DNA of 64,000 nucleotides from Paraphysomonas bandaiensis (lineage: Eukaryota; Protista; Chrysophyceae). A program made the translations under genes and the position numbers. Of this stretch, positions 11,201 through 23,709 are shown one piece after another (position 1 is the stretch's first letter; each line of letters begins with the position of its first letter). Under the pieces are notes generated by a model that worked only from the letters and a program-made list of their open reading frames with translations, was not told the DNA's origin and did no database searches. The stretch is from positions 62,001 to 126,000 of the forward strand of contig CBFFRP010000089.1 of the NCBI GenBank assembly GCA_965644295.1, written 5' to 3'.

Positions 11201-13480
11201 GCTTTAATATCATCATCACTGGTATCTCCATCCTCTCCATTTTCCAGCCTCTGAAGTAGCCTTTTCTCATGCAGAAGCTGTTCTTCTGTGGACGTTATTA
11301 CGTTTGCAACATTCGACAATTCGCCGTCCAATATGTCTGCTGCGCTACCATCATGTGATGACAGGTCATATTCATCCGCACCTTCAGCGGACGACATATT
11401 ATGTCCTATAGACATACGAATAGAGGGGGGGCGCTGATTCAATTCCAATTCTTGTTTCGCAATTTTTAGTTTCAAGCATTCAATTTCTTTAATATACGCA
11501 GCTATTACTCCTAACTGCCCATTTTTGTCTGCCTCAGTTGAATCAGTGCCTAGTTGCACACATGCTTCTTCCCATCTCATTTTATAGTAATCACGCTCGC
11601 TCTGAATAATAATCATCTGCTCAGACATCTCAGAAATATGCAGTTGGCTCCGTTTGTTCTTCTCGTTCAGACGGAGAATTTCCTGATCGCCGTCGTCAAC
11701 ACGAGATTTTAAAACAAGAATCTCCTGCTCGAGTTTGATTGTCCCCATATTGGTCTTTGAAGACTTCGTAAGCAACGAGCGAGCGGTTGAAGTGCTTGTG
11801 GTAGCAGAGGGAGATGACGATACTTCCCTACGAGACCTCGGAGCATTGCCGTGAGGAGAGGGAAGTCGTGCTTTCTGTTTGCCCAATGTAACATTCTTCG
11901 CATTCACCAGATCGGTGATGGTGCTGATGGGAAGGCAACTTCCAGGAGATGGTGATCGTCCTTCACGGAAGGCAAGTAGTTCCCTCGCAAGTACCTGTAT
12001 ATGACTATGTGAGGTATAGACTTTCTATACAAACACACCAACCTGAATCTGCCCTCTGAGCTCCATGATTAACATAGATGTTGGATCTATATTCACCACT
12101 GGTTTATTCTGAATGTTTCGGGCTCTGTTGGCGTAGCGAACAGCGTTCAGCGACTCATTATAATTGGAGTCAGCAGGTGAAACACAACAAATCATTTGTG
12201 TCTTTGAGTTTCCACCAAGTGAGTCCTGCAGCATACGTGTGAGCTTGCTGTCCCTGTAAGGCACATGCACTTTTCCTCTCTTTTGCTCGTCACCAAGAGC
12301 ACTTATTACATTTCCAAGAACAAGAAGACCTTTATTTATGTCAATTCCTTCCCGCAACCGCACTCCTTCAGCACCAGTTCTCTTAGCCCTTTCACTCCCA
12401 GCCAAGTCCACAAAGTGAAACTTACACTTTCGAACTTCGGGCTCGGCTCTTGAAAAACGATCTATAGCATCACCAGTGTCGTCCCCGGCAGTTGCTGTCT
12501 CGCCCTCGCTCTTCGAATCCACATCTCCACATTCACCAGCAGTATCCGTAGATGGGCTATGATCACGCTCAGTGCCACTACTAGAAGGGTAGTGTATTGT
12601 TCGCTCCAGGAGTATCGTAAAAATCGCTAATTGATACATAAAAATTGATATGAGTGCTGTGACATCCATACAAATCGATTTCTTACCGTGCGACCGTGAA
12701 GAGGAGTCGTTCATTCGGGTGGAGCCAGTGGTCCTACTCAATGAGCCCTTTTCCAGAGCAGCAAGCATCTCTTCCGATGATGTAACCAGCTCCTCTCTAG
12801 CGCCGGATATATACACGCCACCAGCAGGGGTCTCGCGAATGGTCACTTTCGCAGTGTTCGTCGGGTCCAGTAAATCACGGATTTCCTCACCATATATTTC
12901 TAAAAACTGAATACGTACACGGTATGTGCTGTTAGGATCATCGGTTTCCTGTTGTTCTACAGTGTCAAAGACATGATGAGCTACGCGCGGTATAATGCCA
13001 TATTCTTCTTCGGAGAGGCGCAGGTTTGAAGCTGAACCCATGGTGTAAGTTTTACCGCTGGATGTCTACAATTGTGCAATTAGAACAGGTATATTGCCGT
13101 GTGTAACCCAGTAAAAATATACCTGACCATACGCTAATACAGTGGCATTGAACCCCTCAAAGGTCGCTACACAAAAAATTAGATTGTTGCTGGAATCTAT
13201 TGAGGGATACACACCATCGACTAAATTAGAAACGCAAGCATCATATATTTCGCTTTGCATAGAATCTGTACCAAACACGAAGTCGAACGTAAAATCCTGG
13301 TCATTCCCGAAAGTAACCTACAATAAAGGTAATTGATTGAGGAGGAGATTTGATATGCGGGGATGTGACTACCTGAGGCTCATTCCCAACAACTCTCACA
13401 CATTGTGTACATCTTTCACGAATTTCAGAGTCGAGAAGAGGTCTTATCCTAACTGCTACTTTTACACTTGTATCATCCAT
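8299..13480 (-). CDS. Kinesin-4 family motor (KIF4/KIF21/KIF27-like) with long coiled-coil stalk
   Basis: [10 protein letters not shown], spliced P-loop [13 protein letters not shown], switch I NDSSSRSH, switch [56 protein letters not shown], ~1200-aa coiled-coil tail. Confidence 0.92.
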
Positions 13481-15129
13481 GGTCACAGCGTGTGTTATCT
13501 GTTAGTATAGGGTTCCGGGTAAGCATAACAACATATCGCACTATTTCACAGCTAGCGCTGAGCAGGTACAAAACAGGGGGACCTGCTGTGATTCAGAGTA
13601 TACTATTATCAGTCGACTGCTGAAGAAAATAATTCAGAGTGTGTGTCGTAATTTAATTACGATAGAATTGAAGTGTTTTAATTGGGCTCAAACCATCTCA
13701 GCTCACTTCACTTCGCTCGCTCATAACTATCAACAAAACAATAACAAGAATACTGTACATGTATATATATTTTATTATGACAAAAAAAACAATCTGAATA
13801 TAATTTTCGTAATATCAAGTCGAATTCTTTGTACTACAGGAAGAATACGTTCCGTAGTATGATTTCAAAATCTTAACTGCCGAGTGAGGGAACTGAACCA
13901 GACAGACGATGCTGCAATGCATATTAGCAACTTCGTATGTGAAAATGATAGCCAGAAGATCCATTAAAACTAATGCGTTCTACTGAGCATAGCATTACCT
14001 GTATGACAACTATGACTGTTATGTCCTCAGACAGTAAATTAGCATTATATATATATTTGTTGTAACTCGTTTGTGCAATACTGACTACAGAATAAAAATG
14101 GAGGTATGTACAATGTTTCTCAAGAGAACACGGATAGGGAACAATATATGGCTATTGAATTGAGAATTCTGAATTTATTATTACTGCGCAATACTTTTAT
14201 TATGTGATAGAATATTAATTTTAAAACATATCGTTGTTTAAGTGTTTAGAAGCTTGAATATATAAGCTCTAGTGGTAATCTAAATTTATTGTCTTCATCT
14301 AATAGATTATTATAAGATATAAAACGAAATAATATATGATTATATATTATAAACTTTAAGGAGTAGTTCGAAATGTACATCGTCATTTAGGTGAAATGTT
14401 AAATCAAAATAAATAATTTTACACCTTCGTATATCACAGAGTTAAGAAACTAACATGAATATATCCTTCACTAGCTCTGATGTACTTGTTAAGTTAGGAG
14501 TCGGGAGTGCTGAGTTCTGCTATATGAGCGAGAAATGAGTGGTAGTAGAGACAACATGAAATTGGTGAATGATAAGAGAGATACTGATTATAATTTATAA
14601 TTCTCAGCATTGAGTATAAGTTTACCTTTCAGTTGTTAAGTTGGTACTTCTCATATTTGATAGGGAGAAGTAGATTATCCCGAAAACTCTTATTTCAATG
14701 AGCCCACTCTCTCAATCTACAACTTTATGATTACGGCAGACATCTTTTACTCTCACAAATGTTACGCTCAAGTATCAATTATTGTACCTTTGTAAATTTG
14801 CGCAATGTAATGGATACATTGAATCCAGCGATGAAAGAGCAAAACTACTCATAAATGTTAGTTTTCAACTTTGTGCTAATTCGAATATTGGGTTAGCTGT
14901 AGTCAAAGTAGTCAAGTAGCTAGTACTTATAATCTTATAGTACATTCAAAAGTCAAAAATGACTTCGTCAAGGTACTGGACATGGTGGTATTATCACCAA
15001 AGGGACTTATATGGAAATGAGAAACAACACCACAACTATTATTACCTACAGTATACTATGAACTGGATAAAGTAGACTCCTGCCACTACATGCACATATC
15101 ATGACAAAGGAATTCCACGGACTCTACTT

Positions 15130-15867
15130 TCAATCCTTTAACTCTTTTCCCATGAATTTCCTTTTCGAAAATGCCTACAAGATAAAATTTATAATGCAAA
15201 CCTACATAGTGATAGCTTTCTACCTGCCACCACTTATTCTTAGACCCGTCGACGTCGAAGAGGCGGTCCAGTAAGCGGTTGCCAAGTTCATCGCGTGCCT
15301 GCTTGAAGTACGCCCTGAAGTTTTCTAATCCATGCAACATATTATACACACACGAATCACAAGAACTCATTAGTACCAGCTTCAGTTCTGTCAGCAGGAG
15401 CAGGAAAGAGTGTGCCCAGGGGCCATCCAGAGTCACCGGGAATTAAGAACTGTTTAATGGCTAGGTTGTGGAGCTCCTTTGCAGCTGTAGCCCGGTCTTC
15501 AATCCTTTCGCACTTCACAAGGCATTGATGAATATACAAAGTGAGATAGATTAATGTTCTATCAGAAGGCCCGCGGACGTCAAAGTTTCTGAAGAAAACG
15601 TTTGCTCTGAAGAATTGCAAAGCTTCATCGATGATGTCATCCTCATCTTCTCGGAACATGGTGTTACATTTAAATATAGGAGAAAAACTAATTTACCTGG
15701 AGGAGCAGACAGCGCGGGTCCGCGTATGTCCGTTTTTAGTGGACATAGCCCACAGGAGCAAGCCTCTGGCACAGAGCCTGGAGTATCTTCCCGACGAGAG
15801 TGATAAGCTGGCTGAACAAAGGTATCAGCGGCACTACATATTGCAACATTGTATAAGTACATACCAT
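15130..15867 (-). CDS. ARPC3: Arp2/3 complex 21-kDa subunit
   Basis: AYHS...ACSCGLCPLKTDIRGPA...DIIDEALQFFRANVFFRNFDVRGPSDRTLIYLTLYI...FRAYFKQARDELGNRL...KNKWWQAFSKRKFMGKEL across short introns. Confidence 0.95.
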
Positions 15868-17205
15868 TGCAATAATTCTTTTTCTGTGTGATGGAGGTTT
15901 ACTGCGGAAGATATTAATATATTGGTGGGAGACTGTGCTGAGCAACACTGCGCGCTGTATATATATGTACGCCATATGCGCACACATCATGCTGCTGTAT
16001 GCTACACTGCATCCGTGGTATACCATGATGCTGTACTGGTAGGTTGTGTTTGTAGTGCTGTTGTATATGTAGGGTTGAGTGCAGAACAAAAAATACACCG
16101 TAGTTTGGCTGTATTTGATGCACTGCTGTACGTACCAGATGAATACAAGTGCACTGAACCTTCCTTCGCACAGTATCTTGGCCATGATATTGATGATATT
16201 GTCAACACATCGTAGCAGAGCAAATACATTGTAAGTGCCTAGATATAACATTGTTCACCACATTAGGGGTAAGGGAACGCAGCTGTACCAGATGGCTACA
16301 GGGTGGAATCATTGAGATTGCTCTGGCTTGACGTATTGTTCGACCAGGGGTGCTGCTGTTTGTGTATTCTCTTAAGTCGCTGCGTATCCCTTGAATCGGA
16401 TAGTTGCTTTCCCTTTAATCAAACCAATTTATGAGAGCAGTAGTACTGAGTCTCTCTCTTTCCTCATGTGGCAGCCGGTGCTTTTCACAGTTTACATTCA
16501 GAATAGCCATTGCTTGGGTATTACTCGTTGCGTAGAACAAACGCTAGAATAAAGTTTAACCAGTGTGTTTACGACTGCAATGTACTATTTGTACAGAACT
16601 AATGGTCCACTTTATTATTGTAATGGAAGATTCTATGTATACTCATCGAACACAACCTCATGAGGTACAATGTATTCGCAAGATAACTTACAGGTACTAA
16701 ATTTACAATAATTCCCGGTAGCATACCGAGTTCCTATGTTCTCAGTAAAATAAATCACTCCGAGTGAATGTTATTTTATAATTATCGTATGTGTGTTGAC
16801 GAAATCGAACCAGCAACATTTATATTGTGCTTTCATACTAGCGGCGACACACATGTCTATAAATCTATAAATAATAATATAATATTTATTATATTTTAAC
16901 AGTTATCAATTGTTTCCTTCTATATTGAAACGGAGTACATGAGTGTGGCATGTCACATATTAAAAACAGATTTCATCGAATTTGCTTTTATTTGGTGCGA
17001 TATCATCCTACCAACCACATTATTTTAAATTTATACTATTTTTCCATTTATCACATTGCGTCCAATGAGTTCATTGTTAATAACATTCCCATAACCTAAA
17101 TGGTCTACGTAATCAACAGTTAAAAGGATTAGAAAGTTTTATGGTACGATTAGATGCATGGCCAAGCATATAAGTATGAACGTATGAACCAGGGCTATGG
17201 AACAT

Positions 17206-17846
17206 ATATATATTGAAAGTGTTATTATATAGCAGTAGGCGTTAAAAACCTGCACCAATGTAGTGGCTAGTTGAATGATAGACAGACTATTTAGACCTCT
17301 ATCCATAACTAATCAGCACAAACTCTATTATCCTACTATTTAGCGCTACAGAAGCTACTTGTGCATCGCCGCAAGCACCAAGGTGCAACCACTTCCGTTC
17401 TTAATGTTGATTGTGAGTTTTGCCATGATCGTGTGTCCCAGGACTCACTGGTGCGTGTTATCAGGGGGTCTTCCCTTGGGATCACAGGGCTTTGTGGTGG
17501 TATCGGGTTCTGTAGGAAGGTCCTGAGTGTACCGAGTGCTAGGTGTGTGGGCTGAGAGTTGGGTAGGGAGTTGAAATGTGAATGTGGCACTATCTCAGTG
17601 CACTGTTTAGGCCTCGAACATAGGTAGAGTTGCCGGAGACGGCGTCGTTGTCGAGGGACGGAGGGTTTTTTGCAGGACGGTGATATGTTCCTGGGGGTAT
17701 GATTGGTGGGTTTCGTGTGAGCGGTGGTCCAGTCTCGGGTCGTCTGCGGACTCCTAGTAATCGTAGCACCCTTGGGCTTTTCCATGACTGCCTACGTTTC
17801 TGATGCGGTCGCGGGAGTATCCGAGGGGGTCCGTATTGAGTATTAA
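17206..17846 (-). mobile_element. 5'-truncated non-LTR retrotransposon (LINE-like) fragment, ~640 bp
   Basis: The 3' ~200 nt match the shared tail. Upstream is a distinct GC-richer, Pro/Arg-rich decayed coding-like region ending ...KLTINIKNGSGCTLVLAA. Degenerate flanking repeat CTATGGAACAT / CTATTGGACAT. No RT motif is visible. Confidence 0.7.
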
Positions 17847-18290
17847 CTATTGGACATTTAAAACATACATGACAACAACATGACAATATATGTTGTTCAC
17901 GTCAACCACTACTCAGCTTTCGTATCTTGAATCGTCATGATACAGTACCCCACTTCAGTTTCACAATTATAGCTATATAGTATCTTTAACTACGTTTTAC
18001 TGTTTTTCACATTATATTTAACGTATTCTACAATCTTAGAGAAACATACGTATTCCAACAAAGCCCGGCATATTACTTTATCGCACTATATTAAATTTAA
18101 CGCCGCATTGGATACTAATAAGGCATGTTAATGTTATATCGAACTTTGAATCAATATATCACTCCATTTTATTAAACACGCAGACAGGTTACCTGACAAA
18201 CTAAACAGTAGAGTTATCAGTGACTGGAATTTAAAGTCCCAGCAATTTCAGCGAAACTTCCGCTTTGATAAAAATTCACAAACATACACA

Positions 18291-18932
18291 CTATGACATA
18301 TCTAACTTATAAAATGGTGATCCATAATAATCTCTCGTATCTTGATTGGAATCTTCACGAGTTATGCCGTCAATACACACTCTGCTCTTCTTTGAAACAC
18401 GGTAGCCAGGACTGTGGCTTTCCTTTTCGCGGTCCGTGATCTCATGCAAAGGCGGTGTGTTCATGCGCAACTTCGCCTCTCGAGATCTATCAAAAGTCAT
18501 GTCTCGAAAATCCTTGACTACTCCATCAGTTATGCAAGGTGGTGTGTTGAAATTTGCTATTGAATCAGGTGCGGGGGTTGTCACGGGAAATAAGTACGAT
18601 TCGGAGAACAGATTCCTGTGAGTGGTAGCTTGGCACTTAGCAGAACGGAATAAATAGGAATTTTGAAATTGCCAACGCTCTCCAGACGACGTCATTAGAT
18701 CAGCCAGCGAATCAACTCGAACTCTTTTCTGACACCCACCTGCAGATCTGTCCACACAAAGCGCGGCATCGTTATCTATCCCATTCTCAAAATTGTCGTT
18801 CAGTATTTTCGGAATGGGGTTCCCAGGTCGAGAGTTAGAATCATCTTCGTCATGCTCCACCCATGGCTCCATCTCAAATGGTAAGTCATCATCGCTCTCA
18901 TTTTCAGGATGCTGAATGGAGTTCCTGTACAT
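18291..18932 (-). CDS. Hypothetical protein (~213 aa, acidic/disordered)
   Basis: Uninterrupted ORF with coding-like composition. Likely start MYRNSIQ at 18932, though the ORF is open to 19037. No recognised domain. Confidence 0.55.
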   Translation of the reverse strand: MYRNSIQHPENESDDDLPFEMEPWVEHDEDDSNSRPGNPIPKILNDNFENGIDNDAALCVDRSAGGCQKRVRVDSLADLMTSSGERWQFQNSYLFRSAKCQATTHRNLFSESYLFPVTTPAPDSIANFNTPPCITDGVVKDFRDMTFDRSREAKLRMNTPPLHEITDREKESHSPGYRVSKKSRVCIDGITREDSNQDTRDYYGSPFYKLDMS

Positions 18933-19150
18933 GGTCACCACCACACCTGCACAAAATGTTCTGGTTGAAATAATAGTGGGTGGGTGTGTAGTCGATGATG
19001 GTGGTAATGCTACACAGAGAATAAACATGCATTCCAAAGCGAATCTTGCTACCCACAGGATACATACAGTACGTATATCAGCGTGTATTCCTACGTGATC
19101 TCATGCAAGTACGCTCTGTATTCCCATATATACTTATGTATTATATGTAT

Positions 19151-19152
<2 letters not shown>

Positions 19153-19182
<30 letters not shown>

Positions 19183-19895
19183 TGTATGTATGTATGTATG
19201 TATGTATGTATGTATGTATGTATGTATGCATGCATGTATGTATGTATGTATGTATGTATGTACGTATGTATGTATGTATGTATGTATGTATGTATGTATG
19301 TATGTATGTATGTATGTATGTATGTATGTATGTATGTATGTATGTATGTATGTATGTATGTATGTATGTATGTATGTATGTATGTATGTATGTATGTATG
19401 TATGTTTGTATGTATGTATGTATGTATGTATGTATGTATGTATGTATGTATGTATGTATGTATGTATGTATGTATGTATGTATGTATGTATGTATGTATG
19501 TATGTATGTATGTATGTATGTATGTATGTATGTATGTATGTATGTATGTATGTATGTATGTATGTATGTATGTATGTATGTATGTATGTATGTATGTATG
19601 TATGTATGTATGTATGTATGTATGTATGTATGTATGTATGTATGTATGTATGTATGTATGTATGTATGTATGTATGTATGTATGTATGTATGTATGTATG
19701 TATGTATGTATGTATGTATGTATGTATGTATGTATGTATGTATGTATGTATGTATGTATGTATGTATGTATGTATGTATGTATGTATGTATGTATGTATG
19801 TATGTATGTATGTATGTATGTATGTATGTATGTATGTATGTATGTATGTATGTATGTATGTATGTATGTATGTATGTATGTATGTATGTATGTAT
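19153..19895. repeat. (TATG)n microsatellite, ~740 bp
   Basis: About 185 tandem TATG units with only a few variant units (CATG near 19229-19236, TACG 19261, TTTG ~19405). Confidence 0.98.
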
Positions 19896-19955
19896 CTTTT
19901 CCTTCCTTGAGAAGGTTATATATAATTATTAACTCAGTGTAATAGCGCTTCCGGT

Positions 19956-21958
19956 ATGAAGTCAGTGCGCGAAATTGTTCAGGGGCGGTTCATCGAAGAT
20001 GTGATTGGAGCGGCAGCATGTAAGCCACCCTTGTATAATATGATGTCCTAATGCTGTATGAAGCTAATGGATCGGGCTGGATGGTGCTGGTTATGGACGA
20101 CGCTGCTACACGAGTGATATCATCAGTCCTTACCATGTACGATATAATGGAACAACGAGTCACGCTAGTGGAACAACTGAACAAAAATCGACAGCCCTTC
20201 AGGGAGATGGATGTCATCTATTTGGTGGATCCGACAGTTGCAGCTGCCAATAAAATAGCAGAGGACTTTCCTTCAGAGGCGAAGGCCAAATACGCTGGAG
20301 TTCACATATATTTTCTTGACGTGGTATGTGTAATATCAGGATAGCTGACTTCTTACTCTTAACTGAATAATTATTTATAGGCCAGTGATGAAGTGGTCAT
20401 GGCCATTCAGGCTAATGGCGTCCTCTGCTCTAGAATTCGTACTTTCAAGGAATTGAACCTTCACTTTGTCACTCCTGAACTGAATGTGTATCATTTTGAC
20501 ATGCCTTCCGCTCTGACCCGTCTCTACAGCGAGCCTGCGGATTCCACTTGTCCTATAGCGATTGCTGAAAAGCTCGCAACGCTGTGTATAACTTTGAACG
20601 AGTTTCCCTCAATTCGTTACCAGACATCTTCACCTACTGCTACTGAGATTGCTACGACTGTAGTAAAGATCCTTACTGACTTCAAGAGAAATAATCCAAG
20701 TTTCTGGTGCCATGGAGAGGATGCCCACCAGGACAGAGAGCGGGGGCAGCTCCTTATTTTGGACAGGTCCTTTGACCCTATTTCACCCCTCATGCATGAG
20801 TACACGTATCAGGCAATGGTCAATGATCTTCTACCAGTCCGAGATGGTGTTATCTCCTACAGCTCTGAAACTAATTCTGGTGCGAAAGTAGAGAAAGATG
20901 TTCTGCTAAATGAGTCCGATGAACTGTGGGTGGAGCTGAGACACCAGCATATCGCCAAAGTTATCGAAGTAATCAAAGAACGCATGAGTGATATCATAAA
21001 CAATAATCCTGGCGCGGCGCTTGCTAAGAATTCTGGTAGCGATATGAGTATTACCACTATGGCCGCGGCTGTAAAGGCCCTACCTGAGTACCGCGAAACC
21101 ATGGCGAAACTTAGCCAGCATGTACACATCGCACAGCAATGCATGGACTGCTTTTCTCGTACCGGATTGATGGACATCAACCAGTTAGAGCAAACTATGT
21201 CTACGGGTGAGGATGAGGAGGGGAAAGAGGTCAAAGGCCAGAAGCTTTTGCAACTACTTATTGATACCCTAACGCTTCCGGATGTTTCAAAGCAAATCAA
21301 AATTCGCCTAATGGCGATATTTACGCTCTCCCAATTGTCGCGTGGCGGGGCGACTGCTGAGGATCGTAGACGCCTTATCCAGGCGGCTGGATTGACTGGC
21401 CCGGAGCAGCAAATTCTTCTCAATTGTGAGAAGTTAGGTGCTGTGCTTCAACAGTCCTCCCAGAGTCGGCAGTCAGCTGGTGGACTTATTGGCATATTCC
21501 GCGGCCGTGCTGCCCCTAAGCATGCAGCTACACCAGAAGGCGAGTATGCTGACAGCCGTCACAAGTGCCGCCTGAGAGCCCTGCTCGAGGGTCTACTGGA
21601 CCCTGAGGCTGGAGGGGACGCCCTACCAGCCGACCAGTTTGGTACAATGGGTCCCGCTGTCAGCAGCGCCGCCCCCGTGGCTAAAAGCGTTCGCAAGTAC
21701 GGAAACAATTCGAGGTTCGGTAAAAATGCCAATCGAAGTATGTTCCAGTCTGCGCGGTATATGGTATGCATTGCCGGTGGCGTGTCTCATAGTGAACTGC
21801 GCACGGCCCATGACCTTATGATGCAGCATAGCAAAGAGGTGGTCGTTGGGGGCAGTCATATCATCAGTCCCAACGCATTCCTTGCAGATATCGCTTCTTT
21901 GAGTCCACGATCTGCAGATGCTGCATCACTTTTTGAGCTCTCCCCTGGAAAATTATAA
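19956..21958 (+). CDS. SEC1: Sec1/Munc18 (syntaxin-binding protein 1-like) SM protein
   Basis: WMVLVMD...VTLVEQLNKNRQPF..MDVIYLV, LCITLNEFPSIRY, LLILDRSFDPISPLMHEYTYQAMVNDL, LWVELRHQHIAKV, IAGGVSHSELR. Two short introns. Confidence 0.93.
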
Positions 21959-22414
21959 GGTTTGCTCCTTAAGCAGCTCTGTTCGGATGCATGCCACGAT
22001 TACTGGTCTAAATCGTAATAGCGATTAGTATTGATGTTGTGATACCTGTAGTATCTCGTATCCTATGTTTTTCTATCACCGTCATGATTTGGCTGCTAAT
22101 TTTATGATGCTAAAGAGCTATGAGTTGTGTTTTATAGTGTTATTGTTTTGAGGAAACCACTGGGTGTGATTTCGTGCATTATAGCAAAGTATCATTCTTA
22201 TATACTCGAAATTTGAAGTTAGGGGTACGACTCAATGATCAGGTAACGGCTAATAGCTTTTATTAAAAAGTAGTTTCTATTCATTCATAAGGTGGAAGTA
22301 TTTTCAATGTGTCAGTTGAATTGATGGCAAGGCAGTATTTGCTGATACACTTGTAGTTTTAAGACAGCAAAGTACGTTCTGCTGCAGCTTTATTCGTGAG
22401 TGGTATGCAGTATT

Positions 22415-22480
22415 CAGGGCTGCGTAACAATTAATTGCAATTAAATTGCAAAAAATTCAATTAATTGTTACGCAGCCCTG
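22415..22480. mobile_element. 66-bp hAT-type MITE
   Basis: Perfect 23-bp TIR CAGGGCTGCGTAACAATTAATTG. Exact 8-bp TSD GCAGTATT (22407-22414, 22481-22488). Confidence 0.92.
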
Positions 22481-22527
22481 GCAGTATTGCTACGGCATGT
22501 AAAATGGGGAGGAGGTGAATGCCTCGC

Positions 22528-22651
22528 AGTAGTGAATGTCTGATTATTAGAAATGTAGCAAACGTTAGTTTCCCGAAGAAACATCTCCGGTACTTATCCC
22601 CCAGAACACCACGAAAAAGGTGCGAGTCCGACTTTGTTCTCTGATGAGGGC
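22528..22651 (-). mobile_element. 124-bp mini retroelement: ribozyme-like head fused directly to the extreme 3' tail
   Basis: 11-bp TSD GAATGCCTCGC (22517-22527, 22652-22662). Minus strand reads GCCCTCATCAGAGAACAAAGTCGGACTCGCACC...CTAACG then CTAATAATCAGACATTCACTACT. Confidence 0.85.
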
Positions 22652-23186
22652 GAATGCCTCGCTACGTTTTTATTTCTTTTCAATTAATTTCACTCAATAT
22701 TGACTTTTTCTTATTTTATTACATAGATCGTTGAAGAAAAGCTAAGTCGTCAGACTAGATAGATTAGTATTGTGTCCACAATGTTTTCATTTCGCATAAA
22801 GGTCGTCATCAACATAATCTTAGCTAATCCAACATTAAATAATGATAATTTGAGTACATTATTATGACTATTATAACTATATATATATGATAAAATTACT
22901 ATATGTATACGTTTGGATTTCTTTTTGTACGAGACTGTTAATAAACTCAGTCCCTAGTAGCTACACATATATCAGCTAAGATACATTCTGCTATCGTATC
23001 TACTTTACTTTTTCTTACTATTTTTGGACATCTGCTCCCCGGTTAATGGTTCTTTGAGGAGTAAGTTATTACATGTATACCCCTCTTTCACTTATGTACC
23101 ATGTTGGTAGTATTAATTCAGTGAAGTTGTTGTACTTGGTGTAAGTTTCTAAATGTTTTTTACTTATATTGTCGCTATTATTATGC

Positions 23187-23264
23187 GACTCACGTTAGTG
23201 TCCCGTAGAATTATCTCCGGTACTTCTCTTCCAGAACACCACGAAAAGGTGCGAGTCTGAGGGA
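23187..23264 (-). ncRNA. Stand-alone copy of the HDV-like head (78 nt)
   Basis: Minus strand: TCCCTCA GACTCGC ACC TTTTCGT GGT GTTCTGGAAGAG AA GTACCGGAGATAATTCTACGGGACA CTAA C GTGAGTC. P2 GACTCGC/GTGAGTC is 7 bp. No clear TSD. Confidence 0.55.
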
Positions 23265-23709
23265 GTTTAAATATTATTTTTAATTATCCACGAAATGGAT
23301 TAATTTTTACATAGAACCCTTTAAATAATAATTAAAATGGGTAGCGAGGCATTCCCCTTATCCCATTTCTTTGGTATAATATAGGGATACTACGTTGTAA
23401 CCGCAATGTTTCAATAGAGCGAGCCCAATAGAATTATAGTTTGATCGCATTATGTCTCGTATATTATGTAAATGGCGCAACCGTTGAATATTGCATATAA
23501 GAATGCCTGATTATTACATGAGAACGGTCGTGTACAGAAACTACGTTGAATTGCAATTAATTGACGTATAGAGATAGATGTTAATGTAACATTAGCATGT
23601 ACGTAACACTGGTATATTATACGTATAATATATATACATAACACGCACATGAGACATAGTGTACAACAAATGAAACCAATACGTAGTTGTGAAGGGTGAA
23701 CATAGTTAC

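Larger units (their letters stand above)
22506..23364. mobile_element. Non-autonomous TIR element with GGG termini; left TIR interrupted by a retro-insertion
   Basis: After removing 22528-22662, the left end reads GGGGAGGAGGTGAATGCCTCGCTAC. The right end revcomp reads GGGATAAGGGGAATGCCTCGCTAC. Flanks are AAAT|...|ATTT (possible AT TSD). Superfamily uncertain. Confidence 0.6.

Noticed and set aside
15922-16520. Possible small plus-strand gene divergent from ARPC3
   Set aside because: Intron-like signals are present, but I could not build a convincing spliced ORF or recognise a domain.
19046-19942. Three long MYVC-repeat ORFs
   Set aside because: Artefacts of the stop-free (TATG)n microsatellite.
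22641-22662. CTGATGAG-GGC-GAA resembling a minimal hammerhead core
   Set aside because: It spans the element/TSD junction on the antisense strand and lacks GAAA and flanking stems.
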